Source: Nitrospirota bacterium
GTDB taxonomy: Bacteria; Nitrospirota; UBA9217
Direction: 5' to 3'
NCBI GenBank assembly: GCA_963751455.1
Contig: CAVVUN010000012.1
Location: 448,001-512,000, forward strand
Length of the DNA: 64,000 nucleotides
Shown here: piece after piece, positions 47,832 to 57,500 of the stretch
How the letters are laid out: each line of letters begins with the position of its first letter
How positions within the stretch are numbered: position 1 is the first letter of the stretch
Position numbers and translations under genes: made by a program
Notes under the pieces: generated by a model
Database searches by the model: none
What the model was told of the DNA's origin: nothing
Seen by the model: the letters and a program-made list of their open reading frames with translations, nothing else

Positions 47832-47858
47832 TTAGCACTCTGTCAAGTAGAGTGCTAA
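47832..47858. promoter_or_regulatory. CIRCE upstream of hsp20
   Basis: TTAGCACTC-tgtcaagta-GAGTGCTAA. Confidence 0.97.
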
Positions 47859-47912
47859 TGAATCAATTATTTGATTTTTCTGGGAAATTAAGCTGATAAT
47901 TCTTGGGAGGAG

Positions 47913-48170
47913 TTATTTTTTTTCTGACCGGCCGCCTTGGATAACAAATCTTTCACGGATTATTTTTCGGAATCTGGGCGTGTAAATCATTTCATAGACA
48001 TGCTCTTTGTCGGGAAAAAGGTTCAAGGCCGCCCTCTTCGTGTCATTCATAATCGTAAAGGCCTCTCGCAGGGTAAGATCAGATTGCTGCATAAGAATTG
48101 CCTGCGCAAGATCAACAATGAAACGAAGCCGTCTCATGTTTTTTTCTTCTTCGATAAGCTTTTCTTTCAC
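47913..48170 (-). CDS. conserved hypothetical small protein
   Basis: RRLRFIVDL...ALNLFPDKEHVYEMIYTPRFRKII. Confidence 0.7.
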   Translation of the reverse strand: MKEKLIEEEKNMRRLRFIVDLAQAILMQQSDLTLREAFTIMNDTKRAALNLFPDKEHVYEMIYTPRFRKIIRERFVIQGGRSEKK

Positions 48171-48272
48171 CTCGAAAACGCGCCTTTCTTCATGGAATCT
48201 CTCATTACAACACGACTGGTTTCTTGCGAGAGCGCCGGCTTGCCCAGTCCAAAATCATATAGTACGACTTCG

Positions 48273-49025
48273 TCAGCGTTTTTTCAATACCCTCCGCTCT
48301 TTCGAAAGCATTTCGAGCAATTCAAGCGCGTTCATCGTCGCATACCCGTATGCGTCATTGTTGAAGTAAATAAAGACATCTTTGCCTTGCTCCCGGTAGC
48401 GGGCAATCCGGGCCGCATCTCCTGCCAACTGCTCCGTGGAATAACGTCCTGCGTATTTCGCTCCATGACCGTGCCTGCGAATATAAACGAAATCTGAGGT
48501 CACAGGAAGCTTATCGAGATAGTCAGGCGAGTCAGCCATGCAGAGCGCCGCATTATGTTTGCGGCAAAGGTCTATAACACCCGGAACGATCCAGCTTTCG
48601 TTCCGGAATTCGAACGCATGACGAAACTGGTAGCCTTGCAGAAAGATGAGAAAGGACGAGAACCTCTCGAGGTTTAATTTATATGCGGGGGGAAACTGCC
48701 AGAGAACAACCTGCAGTTTTTCCTTCAAAAGAGACGCGCCTTGAAAAAATTTTTCGACCGCCTCGGCGGGATCGACAAGCCTTTTCACATGCGTAATGTA
48801 CCTGCTTCCTTTTACGGCAAATTGAAAGCCGGAGGGCGTATCCCGATACCAGGCGTTGAATGCAGCCTCTGTGGGAAGATGGTAAAAAGTGACGTTCAAC
48901 TCTATGGAAGAAAAGACGCTGCTGTAATACTGAAGCCATTTTCGTTCAGGCAGGCCGTGGGGATAAAAAACGTCTTTCCAGTGCTTATAGCTGAATCCGC
49001 TGCATCCGATCCTGATCTCCGGCAT
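48273..49025 (-). CDS. DUF72 domain protein
   Basis: RIGCSGFSY, ELNVTFY, FAVKGSRYITH, AFEFRNESW, YFNND. Confidence 0.92.
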   Translation of the reverse strand: MPEIRIGCSGFSYKHWKDVFYPHGLPERKWLQYYSSVFSSIELNVTFYHLPTEAAFNAWYRDTPSGFQFAVKGSRYITHVKRLVDPAEAVEKFFQGASLLKEKLQVVLWQFPPAYKLNLERFSSFLIFLQGYQFRHAFEFRNESWIVPGVIDLCRKHNAALCMADSPDYLDKLPVTSDFVYIRRHGHGAKYAGRYSTEQLAGDAARIARYREQGKDVFIYFNNDAYGYATMNALELLEMLSKERRVLKKR

Positions 49026-49092
49026 GGTTGTTTCTCCGCGGTGCAGGCAATAAATAACTGAGCGGCCACCCGTGGGCATGACGCATCGTGCA

Positions 49093-49620
49093 TCATGGAT
49101 CCTTTCTCTCAAACGTTCCGCTTTTTCCTCCGGTCTTCCTGAGGAGCCGGATGTCGGTCACGGTCATGGCCCGGTCCACGGCCTTGCACATATCATATAT
49201 GGTAAGACCCGCAGCAGCTACCGCGGTAAGCGCCTCCATTTCCACTCCGGTCTTTCCTGTTGTGCTGACGGTTGCTCTGATGTCAACACATGAGGTCTGC
49301 TTGTCCGGGGTGAAGGAAATATCTACTGACGTAAGAGATAAAGGATGACACAGGGGGATGAGGTCCGCCGTCTTCTTCGCGGCCATGATCCCTGCAATCC
49401 GCGCAACGCCGAACACATCTCCTTTTGAAATGGTGCGGCCAAGGATGAGACCGAGCGTTTCAGGCAGCATCGTTACGCGGCCTGCCGCAACAGCCTCACG
49501 TTTCGTTTCTTCCTTGGCTGCGACATCGACCATGCGCGCCGCGCCTTCATCATCAAAATGAGTAAATTTCTTGTTCGCCCCTCTTCCCTCGTCCCTCGTC
49601 ACTCGTCTTTTATCCTCCAA
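49093..49620 (-). CDS. moaC: cyclic pyranopterin monophosphate synthase MoaC
   Basis: [37 protein letters not shown]; start uncertain. Confidence 0.95.
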   Translation of the reverse strand: MEDKRRVTRDEGRGANKKFTHFDDEGAARMVDVAAKEETKREAVAAGRVTMLPETLGLILGRTISKGDVFGVARIAGIMAAKKTADLIPLCHPLSLTSVDISFTPDKQTSCVDIRATVSTTGKTGVEMEALTAVAAAGLTIYDMCKAVDRAMTVTDIRLLRKTGGKSGTFERKDP

Positions 49621-50605
49621 TCCTTGACATGGTCCGCTGATAGCGGGCCGCGGCAGTGTCCGCGAAAGTTATGTAATGCCGCTCCGGCTTGAGTTCGAGC
49701 GCCAATCGAAGCAGGCGTTCAAGTTCGCGGTCATCGCAGCCTCCTCTGAGCGGAGACTTGATGTCGATTTCGGTGTCGGAAAGCAGGCAGGGTCTGATCC
49801 TGCCGTCTGCAGTAAGGCGGAGACGTCTGCAGGAGGCGCAAAAGTGCTTGCTTATCGGACTGATAAAGCCCACGACTCCTTTTGCTCCGGAAATCTGATA
49901 GTTGTCCGAAGGGCCCGCGGATCTGGCGGACGCGTACGGTTTGAGAACGCCTATCTCCCGTTCAATGATCGACCGTGCCTCGGCGCCCGTCACACATACC
50001 TCGGTCTTCCAGCGGTCGTTTGCGCCGATCGGCATGAATTCGATAAAACGCACATGGACAGCGCGATCAAGAGTCAACCGGGCGAAATCTGAAATCTCGT
50101 TGTCATTAACGCCCTTTACCGGAACCATATTTATCTTGATTGGAGCAAAGCCGACTTCCTCGGCCCTCGTAATCCCGCGCCATACCCTGGTCCAGGCGTC
50201 GCTGCCCGTAATGGAGCGGAATTTCTCCGGGTCAAGCGAATCAAGACTGATATTCAACCTCGAAATGCCGGCTGCGCGCAGCCCCCCGGCCATCTCTTCA
50301 AGAAGGACCCCATTTGTCGTCAGGCTGATGTCTTCAATTCCGTCCAGCCGCTTCAGGCAGGCAACGAAATCCAGGAGGCCGCGTCGTATAAGAGGCTCTC
50401 CTCCCGTCAGCCGGATGTGAGTTATGCCGAGCGAAGCGGCTACAGAGACGGTTCGGATGATCTCTTCATAGCGAAGAACTTCCGGGTGGCGCAGCAGCTT
50501 GAATTTGATTTTAGGTTTGCAGTATATGCAGGAAAGGTTGCAGCGGTCCGTAATTGATACGCGGAGATAGTCGATGCAGCGTTTGTGCGGATCATATACA
50601 GGCAT
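49610..50605 (-). CDS. moaA: GTP 3',8-cyclase MoaA
   Basis: [35 protein letters not shown]-terminal IGG. Confidence 0.96.
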   Translation of the reverse strand: MPVYDPHKRCIDYLRVSITDRCNLSCIYCKPKIKFKLLRHPEVLRYEEIIRTVSVAASLGITHIRLTGGEPLIRRGLLDFVACLKRLDGIEDISLTTNGVLLEEMAGGLRAAGISRLNISLDSLDPEKFRSITGSDAWTRVWRGITRAEEVGFAPIKINMVPVKGVNDNEISDFARLTLDRAVHVRFIEFMPIGANDRWKTEVCVTGAEARSIIEREIGVLKPYASARSAGPSDNYQISGAKGVVGFISPISKHFCASCRRLRLTADGRIRPCLLSDTEIDIKSPLRGGCDDRELERLLRLALELKPERHYITFADTAAARYQRTMSRIGG

Positions 50606-50761
50606 GTAAAAAATCTACCATAGACGTCCGGATACTTCAAGCCATAAATGCGGCAATTATAGCCTTGACCGGGGAACTTTTTATCAGTATAATTTTTGCA
50701 GTGTCAACGGTGCGCAGACCCGATAACGTTTTTGTTCTATAAACAGAGAATTGAACAGTAT

Positions 50762-51316
50762 ATGTCAAAAACCGTAAAACGATCCTTGCTGGGAAAAGGC
50801 AGGGGATACCTGAATGCAACCGGGACTCAGGCAAGATTCATCATATTTCTTCTTTCAGTACTCATTGTCTTCGGCATTATCCTGCGGGTTTTCCAGAAAC
50901 TTGCCGAAATAGTGCAGTTCCCTGTCTTTCTGCCCGTTTCCCTCCTTTCACTTCTCATTTTCGTCGGCATTGCCGGGACGATTTATTCGCATTCATTCAT
51001 CGGGCCGATGGTCCGGATACGAAAAGCGGTCGAGCTGTTGGCGCAGGGGAATAACGCAATCTCGCTGCACCTCAGGGAATCTGACGATCCCATGCTCCAG
51101 GACCTCGTCAAGGCGATCGGGGACCTTAGCGAACACACACGGAACACGAACACCCTTATCAAAGAAACGGCTGAAGAGCTGTTTGCCGAAATCTCACGCC
51201 TGCAGGAAAAATTCGAACACGCCGCGGACAAACGGGAAATCCAGAGGCAGCTGGAACTGGTGAAAACAAAACAGGAGTTGCTGTATAAAACGCTTCATGC
51301 GGAAGGAAAGATATAG
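50762..51316 (+). CDS. two-TM HAMP-domain protein
   Basis: Two hydrophobic helices followed by SHSFIGPMVRI..LAQGN...LRESD HAMP-like segment. Confidence 0.65.
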   Translation: MSKTVKRSLLGKGRGYLNATGTQARFIIFLLSVLIVFGIILRVFQKLAEIVQFPVFLPVSLLSLLIFVGIAGTIYSHSFIGPMVRIRKAVELLAQGNNAISLHLRESDDPMLQDLVKAIGDLSEHTRNTNTLIKETAEELFAEISRLQEKFEHAADKREIQRQLELVKTKQELLYKTLHAEGKI

Positions 51317-51324
51317 GAGCTGCC

Positions 51325-51606
51325 ATGGCTGAAAGCGGTTTTAGAGGCAAGAGCATGAGGTCGGTTGCGGTAGACGTGGCTGAGGGCTATATCTCGATCA
51401 ATCCGCTTTTTCTCAAGAAATTCGACAAAGACATGCTGAAGGATTTGTACGAGCACCTTAACAAGTCTCTTACCTCTACGAGGAATGAAAAAATAGACCC
51501 GTCAAACCAGGCATCCGTCCGGACGAGAAACATGAAACTCCAGCGCATCCATAACGCGATGATCGTCCTGAGAAACAGCGCCCGCGAAAAAAGAATACCC
51601 CTGTAA
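51325..51606 (+). CDS. conserved hypothetical protein
   Basis: AGGAG RBS; DVAEGYISINPLFLK. Confidence 0.7.
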   Translation: MAESGFRGKSMRSVAVDVAEGYISINPLFLKKFDKDMLKDLYEHLNKSLTSTRNEKIDPSNQASVRTRNMKLQRIHNAMIVLRNSAREKRIPL

Positions 51607-51724
51607 CAATCCTGAAAAAACAAATTGGGACGCAGAAAAAACGGATAAACGCGGATCGCAACTCGTCTTTTGATTTATCTGCGAAAATCCGCCTTTATCT
51701 GCGTCCAAGCATCCCTTCTTAGGT

Positions 51725-52960
51725 TTATTCGATGCAAACGCAGAACCTCTTCCTGAAATCCTCCGGAGATAATTTTGTGGTTGCTGCAATCTTTTTCAGG
51801 GTCTCCCCCTCCAGGTCACTCTTCTCAAGACGTATCATATAACGCCGTGCCATACGATAATCATCTGCTTTGATGTCCACTGTCCTGATGCGCGTTTTTC
51901 CCGTCTTGGCATCGAGGAGGTCGGCGAATTTAATCGGCAGGCATATCCCGTCCTTCAGCATGATCATCGCACCGGTGCCGCCGGATACCAGAAAATTGAC
52001 TGCGCTGTACCCGAGATAACGGGTGTATTCGCGGTCAAAGGAGATGGGCGGCTGGCAGCGCAGCTCATAGCCGATGTCTTTCGCGATGATCGTCGTCTTC
52101 ACGCCGAAGGTTTCCAGATCCGCGTTTACCCTTTGTTTCAACATATCGCCTATGGGAATCTCCGCCAGGCGGATATTACCGTGGTCGTCGCGCGGGACAT
52201 CCTTGAGGAAGGTGAGCTCTTCAGGATCGAGTCGGGTCGCAACCCCCTCAGCGATCACCGCGACCCCGTGGTTGCTTCCGGATGCAAGGCGCTTGATAAT
52301 GGCGCCCGAGAGAATCGAGAGCACTTTATTGAGGGATATCTTGTTCCCGAGTTCCTCCGGGATCAGCGTGAGCGTGGCGCCGGCGCCCATGCCCATACCG
52401 AGCGCGAGGTGTCCCGCCGAGCGGCCCATTGCGATCACAAAATACCAGCGGCCGGCCGTCCGCGCGTCTTCCATGAGGTTTTCGACAAGCTGCGTCCCGA
52501 GCTGGCGCGCGGTTTCGAAACCAAAAGTCGGAACGCCGTGCGGCAGCGGAAGATCGTTATCGATCGTCTTTGGCACATGGCAAACGGCAATCCTGCCGCC
52601 TGCTTCCTGCTCAACCCGGGTCGCTGTGAAAGCGGTATCGTCGCCGCCGATTGTGACGAGGTATTTGATGCCGAGACCGGTCAGCGCCTTTACTACGTTG
52701 GACATCTTTTCAGGGCTCTTGGTGGGGTTGTCCCGCGAGGTACGGATGATGGAGCCGCCCCGCAGATGAATTCTCGATATTTCTCCGTCGTTGAGCGCAA
52801 CCGTATGGGTCGTGTCCCCCTTGGACAGCCACTTAAACCCGTCATAAATACCTACAACATCGACACCCTGCTTCATAGCCTCGAACGTCACAGCGCTGAT
52901 GACGCCGTTTATTCCCGGCGCCGGGCCTCCGCCGACGACAACCGCAAGTTTATCCGCCAT
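51725..52960 (-). CDS. pfp: pyrophosphate-dependent phosphofructokinase
   Basis: GGGPAPGIN, IGGDDT (Asp indicates PPi type), PKTIDND, MGR, GYELRC. Confidence 0.9.
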   Translation of the reverse strand: MADKLAVVVGGGPAPGINGVISAVTFEAMKQGVDVVGIYDGFKWLSKGDTTHTVALNDGEISRIHLRGGSIIRTSRDNPTKSPEKMSNVVKALTGLGIKYLVTIGGDDTAFTATRVEQEAGGRIAVCHVPKTIDNDLPLPHGVPTFGFETARQLGTQLVENLMEDARTAGRWYFVIAMGRSAGHLALGMGMGAGATLTLIPEELGNKISLNKVLSILSGAIIKRLASGSNHGVAVIAEGVATRLDPEELTFLKDVPRDDHGNIRLAEIPIGDMLKQRVNADLETFGVKTTIIAKDIGYELRCQPPISFDREYTRYLGYSAVNFLVSGGTGAMIMLKDGICLPIKFADLLDAKTGKTRIRTVDIKADDYRMARRYMIRLEKSDLEGETLKKIAATTKLSPEDFRKRFCVCIE

Positions 52961-53182
52961 TACTGCCTCCTGATTGACGGTGAGCACTGTATGGTGCTCG
53001 ACCATTTTGATTTTACCGCGCAACTCTAGCAAAACAGAATTTGATTGTCAACAGAAACAGTTCAGCATCCTCTTTGTCGCGCGTTTTTGTTTGCTGCCCT
53101 CAGTTGACACTTTGGTATTCAGAAGCTATATTTTTTACAGGGTTATCAAGAGCAAAATTACACCGTGAGAGGGAGATCCATT

Positions 53183-53659
53183 ATGAACAAATATTCGATC
53201 GACGAAATTATGGAGATGGCTGTTCAGACGGAAAAACTGGGCTATCAGTTTTATTCGGGCATGGCGGACAAATTCAAGAAGGACGGCAGACTTGTTAATC
53301 TCTTCACCGCGCTCGCGACAAAGGAAAAAAACCATGAGAAGACCTTCACCAACCTGAGAGAAATGATGGCAAAGCACGGGCCTGAGCCGGTGCAGTGGGA
53401 AGAGGTCGAAAGCTATATGAGGGCCTTCGTTGAATCCGAATTTTTCCTCGGCCGGGGGAAATCATTGCCCAATATGGATCATTTGAAGACGGTGCAGGAC
53501 GCGGTCAAATTTGCGTTAGGATTCGAGAAGGAAACCCTGCTCTATTTCATGGAGTTGCGGTCGCTGGTAAAAGAAAAAGAAGTCGTCGACGAGGTAATCA
53601 ATGAAGAGAAAAGCCACATTATGTGGTTGGACTCGTTTAAGCGGGGTATTGCAGGATAA
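53183..53659 (+). CDS. ferritin-like/rubrerythrin family protein
   Basis: EKLGYQFY..EKNH; EKETLLYF..EEKSH. Confidence 0.85.
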   Translation: MNKYSIDEIMEMAVQTEKLGYQFYSGMADKFKKDGRLVNLFTALATKEKNHEKTFTNLREMMAKHGPEPVQWEEVESYMRAFVESEFFLGRGKSLPNMDHLKTVQDAVKFALGFEKETLLYFMELRSLVKEKEVVDEVINEEKSHIMWLDSFKRGIAG

Positions 53660-53707
53660 ACGAGAGGCGAGAAAGAGCAATGCCGGGCTACACTGTCTTC
53701 TGTTCGC

Positions 53708-54505
53708 TTAGAGAGGCAATGCAGGAACCGGGTGCGAAATCTTGACGGCATCGGGGTGAGGTGTAATTGGTTTCTCCGGCAAGCTGCCTTCTGCCTCGGT
53801 GGTCGCTCCCTTGTACTCAACGAGCAATTCACCGACAGTGACCAGCTTGAAGCCGTTTTTTCTCAAACCCTGGATCACGATTGGCAGGGCCTCTGCTGTA
53901 TGCACCCCGTTCCGGTTCATATGGAACACGATGATGCTGCCTCCCTGCGCTTTTTTCAAAACACCGCGTATGAGTGCTCTGGCTGAAAGGTTCGGATCGG
54001 GGTCTCCGGAAGCGATATCATATTGTATGGTAACCAGACCCGCATCCGCCGCAAGCCGTGCCACCCGTTCATCGACTTCACCGAACGGCGGCCGGAAATA
54101 CAACGGGGTTTTGCCGGTGATCTTTTTGATGAGGGTCTGCGTTCGCTTGAATTCGCGCATGTCCCGGTCGTCCGGTTTTTCCGTCATGTGAGGATGGTAA
54201 TAGCTGTGCGCGGCTATCTCGAACTGCGTCTGATTCGCGAGAAATGCCGCCCTCGCCTTATTTTTCTCGACCCATCTGCCGCTTAAAAAAATGGTGGCCG
54301 GGACCTGTTCCCGAAGCAGTATCTCGATGACCTTCTCGTCATATTCGTCCGGTCTGGCCGTGGGACAGGCATCAAAGGTGAGCGCCACCATACCGGAATT
54401 TCTCTCCCCGTGTTCGACAATAATCGCCCGATCAGCCGGCTGCGCGAAAATAAGCGGGACAGAACAGGACAGAAGTAAAATGAGTATAATAGGCCGATAT
54501 GTCAT
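53708..54505 (-). CDS. secreted polysaccharide deacetylase (CE4/NodB)
   Basis: VALTFDAC, HSYYHPH, YFRPPFG, GSIIVFH. Confidence 0.88.
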   Translation of the reverse strand: MTYRPIILILLLSCSVPLIFAQPADRAIIVEHGERNSGMVALTFDACPTARPDEYDEKVIEILLREQVPATIFLSGRWVEKNKARAAFLANQTQFEIAAHSYYHPHMTEKPDDRDMREFKRTQTLIKKITGKTPLYFRPPFGEVDERVARLAADAGLVTIQYDIASGDPDPNLSARALIRGVLKKAQGGSIIVFHMNRNGVHTAEALPIVIQGLRKNGFKLVTVGELLVEYKGATTEAEGSLPEKPITPHPDAVKISHPVPALPL

Positions 54506-54581
54506 TAGAAAGTATTATATCAAAAAGAAGCATAAAAAGGCACAGTTCTTTACTTTTGGTAGCCTTGAACGGAAGAGGGGT

Positions 54582-57500
54582 GCCTAGCATATCACTGAGG
54601 AATATAAGGGCAAGGCGGCTATTGTCCGCAGATTGATGCAGATAGCTTCAATGAGGGCCTCAGCATATCGCTGAGGAATATTATGGACCGAGGCGACCAT
54701 GTCGCCGTGATCTACGGGCTTCAATGAGGCCTCAGCATATCGCTGAGGAATATAAAGCTAAAAAGCTGATAGGTAATCGCACTATTACGCTTCAATGAGG
54801 CCTCAGCATATCGCTGAGGAATATCGGTGTGTCCGTGGATCGCCTGGCTCGTCCAGGTGCTTCAATGAGGCCTCAGCATATCGCTGAGGAATATCGCGCG
54901 GATCGTAGTAGAGGCCGGAGCCGTCGAGGGTGCTTCAATGAGGCCTCAGCATATCGCTGAGGAATATTCGCACACTCACCGAAAAAATACACGATGCTCA
55001 AATTGCTTCAATGAGGCCTCAGCATATCGCTGAGGAATATAGCGCCGACCTCTATAAAGTATTACAGGATAAACCATGCTTCAATGAGGCCTCAGCATAT
55101 CGCTGAGGAATATGTAACACTTCACGCACTTAACTCTATCGCCTAGTGTGCTTCAATGAGGCCTCAGCATATCGCTGAGGAATATGGTGCCGTTCTGATG
55201 GACGAATTTTCAAAGCAGGCATGGCTTCAATGAGGCCTCAGCATATCGCTGAGGAATATGCCTCGAGGATCCTGAACTGGGAAGGCTTCACGCTCGAGCT
55301 TCAATGAGGCCTCAGCATATCGCTGAGGAATATATGTCCTTGTTCCCGCGGATCTTCACCCAGATTTCCCGGCTTCAATGAGGCCTCAGCATATCGCTGA
55401 GGAATATGGACGCTTCGATGAGCTTGTTTCCGGCTACGTCGAATGGCTTCAATGAGGCCTCAGCATATCGCTGAGGAATATCGGGTTTTCGGTTGACCCG
55501 ATAAGATTTTTTAAAAGGCTTCAATGAGGCCTCAGCATATCGCTGAGGAATATCCGCACTGTAAACAGGTAACGCCGCCCGGTTTATGATTGCTTCAATG
55601 AGGCCTCAGCATATCGCTGAGGAATATGAGGCGGCAGTCCTTTTCTGCATGATGATCCCTCACTAGCTTCAATGAGGCCTCAGCATATCGCTGAGGAATA
55701 TGTTTTGTTCCACCAAAGTGAACACCGAGTATCTTCCAGCTTCAATGAGGCCTCAGCATATCGCTGAGGAATATAACCTCGATCATATCTCTTTCCTCTC
55801 TCTCGCCTCGCTTCAATGAGGCCTCAGCATATCGCTGAGGAATATAACTTCGATCATATCTCTTTCCTCTCTCTCGCCTCGCTTCAATGAGGCCTCAGCA
55901 TATCGCTGAGGAATATGAACTTGAGGGTAAGGCTCAAGAGTTTGAACTGCAAGCGCTTCAATGAGGCCTCAGCATATCGCTGAGGAATATAAAAGGCTGT
56001 TGATAGTGATATCGAAAATATAGGCAGCTTCAATGAGGCCTCAGCATATCGCTGAGGAATATGCCAGGTATGGTTCGGATAAAAGAGCATGATGTCCGGG
56101 TGCTTCAATGAGGCCTCAGCATATCGCTGAGGAATATCGATTGAAACAGCTATTGATGCGGCCGTAAGACATTACGCTTCAATGAGGCCTCAGCATATCG
56201 CTGAGGAATATCGTGCTCGACGCCGCGCAGGTCCAGATCGAGTTCCTCAATGCTTCAATGAGGCCTCAGCATATCGCTGAGGAATATTATGAGCGCCAGC
56301 ATGGACATCGGCAGCGCAGCAGGAGCTTCAATGAGGCCTCAGCATATCGCTGAGGAATATTGGGCTGAGGATGAGATGAAGATCCCCTATCCGGAAGCTT
56401 CAATGAGGCCTCAGCATATCGCTGAGGAATATCCACGCCTACGCTGATGTCCGCCGGGATCGAGACAAGGGCTTCAATGAGGCCTCAGCATATCGCTGAG
56501 GAATATGGTTCATGATCTTCGGGGTTGTCTCGACGACATCATGCTTCAATGAGGCCTCAGCATATCGCTGAGGAATATGGGACGGATCGGACGTATGGGA
56601 CGAATGTAAAATCGAAGCTTCAATGAGGCCTCAGCATATCGCTGAGGAATATGACGCCAATGTCTGTTTCTAATGTTATGCGCGGTAAAGCTTCAATGAG
56701 GCCTCAGCATATCGCTGAGGAATATCATGCTGTCCCGGTATCGCTTCCGCTTCACGTCCGAGCTTCAATGAGGCCTCAGCATATCGCTGAGGAATATGTG
56801 CTGGGCTTGAGACCTATCCGGCGCGCTACTTCAGGCTTCAATGAGGCCTCAGCATATCGCTGAGGAATATGGTGGGCCTGAGGACCGTCCCTCCCATCAC
56901 CAAATTTGCTTCAATGAGGCCTCAGCATATCGCTGAGGAATATGTTCCGTTCCACGCAACAGCCCATAGGCTAATATTTTTGCTTCAATGAGGCCTCAGC
57001 ATATCGCTGAGGAATATAAACAGACTATACGATCGTGGCGCAGCAGAACCTGATGCTTCAATGAGGCCTCAGCATATCGCTGAGGAATATAAAGACAGCG
57101 AGGCGGTAAACGGTGGCATTGAGGCGGCTTCAATGAGGCCTCAGCATATCGCTGAGGAATATGTCCATTTACTTTCCTTCACTCACTTGATAATGCTAAA
57201 GCTTCAATGAGGCCTCAGCATATCGCTGAGGAATATGACTGACCAACAGAATGAGACGGTGGCGAATACATAGCTTCAATGAGGCCTCAGCATATCGCTG
57301 AGGAATATCTTGATGAGAAAACCCCGATCATAAAAGATGCACAGGCTTCAATGAGGCCTCAGCATATCGCTGAGGAATATAGGGAAGCTAAGAAATTAGG
57401 AGACGAGGTCGTCGAGCTTCAATGAGGCCTCAGCATATCGCTGAGGAATATGCTTCAGGCCGCTTTGTCCGGCGCAGCCGGCAAGGAGCTTCAATGAGGC

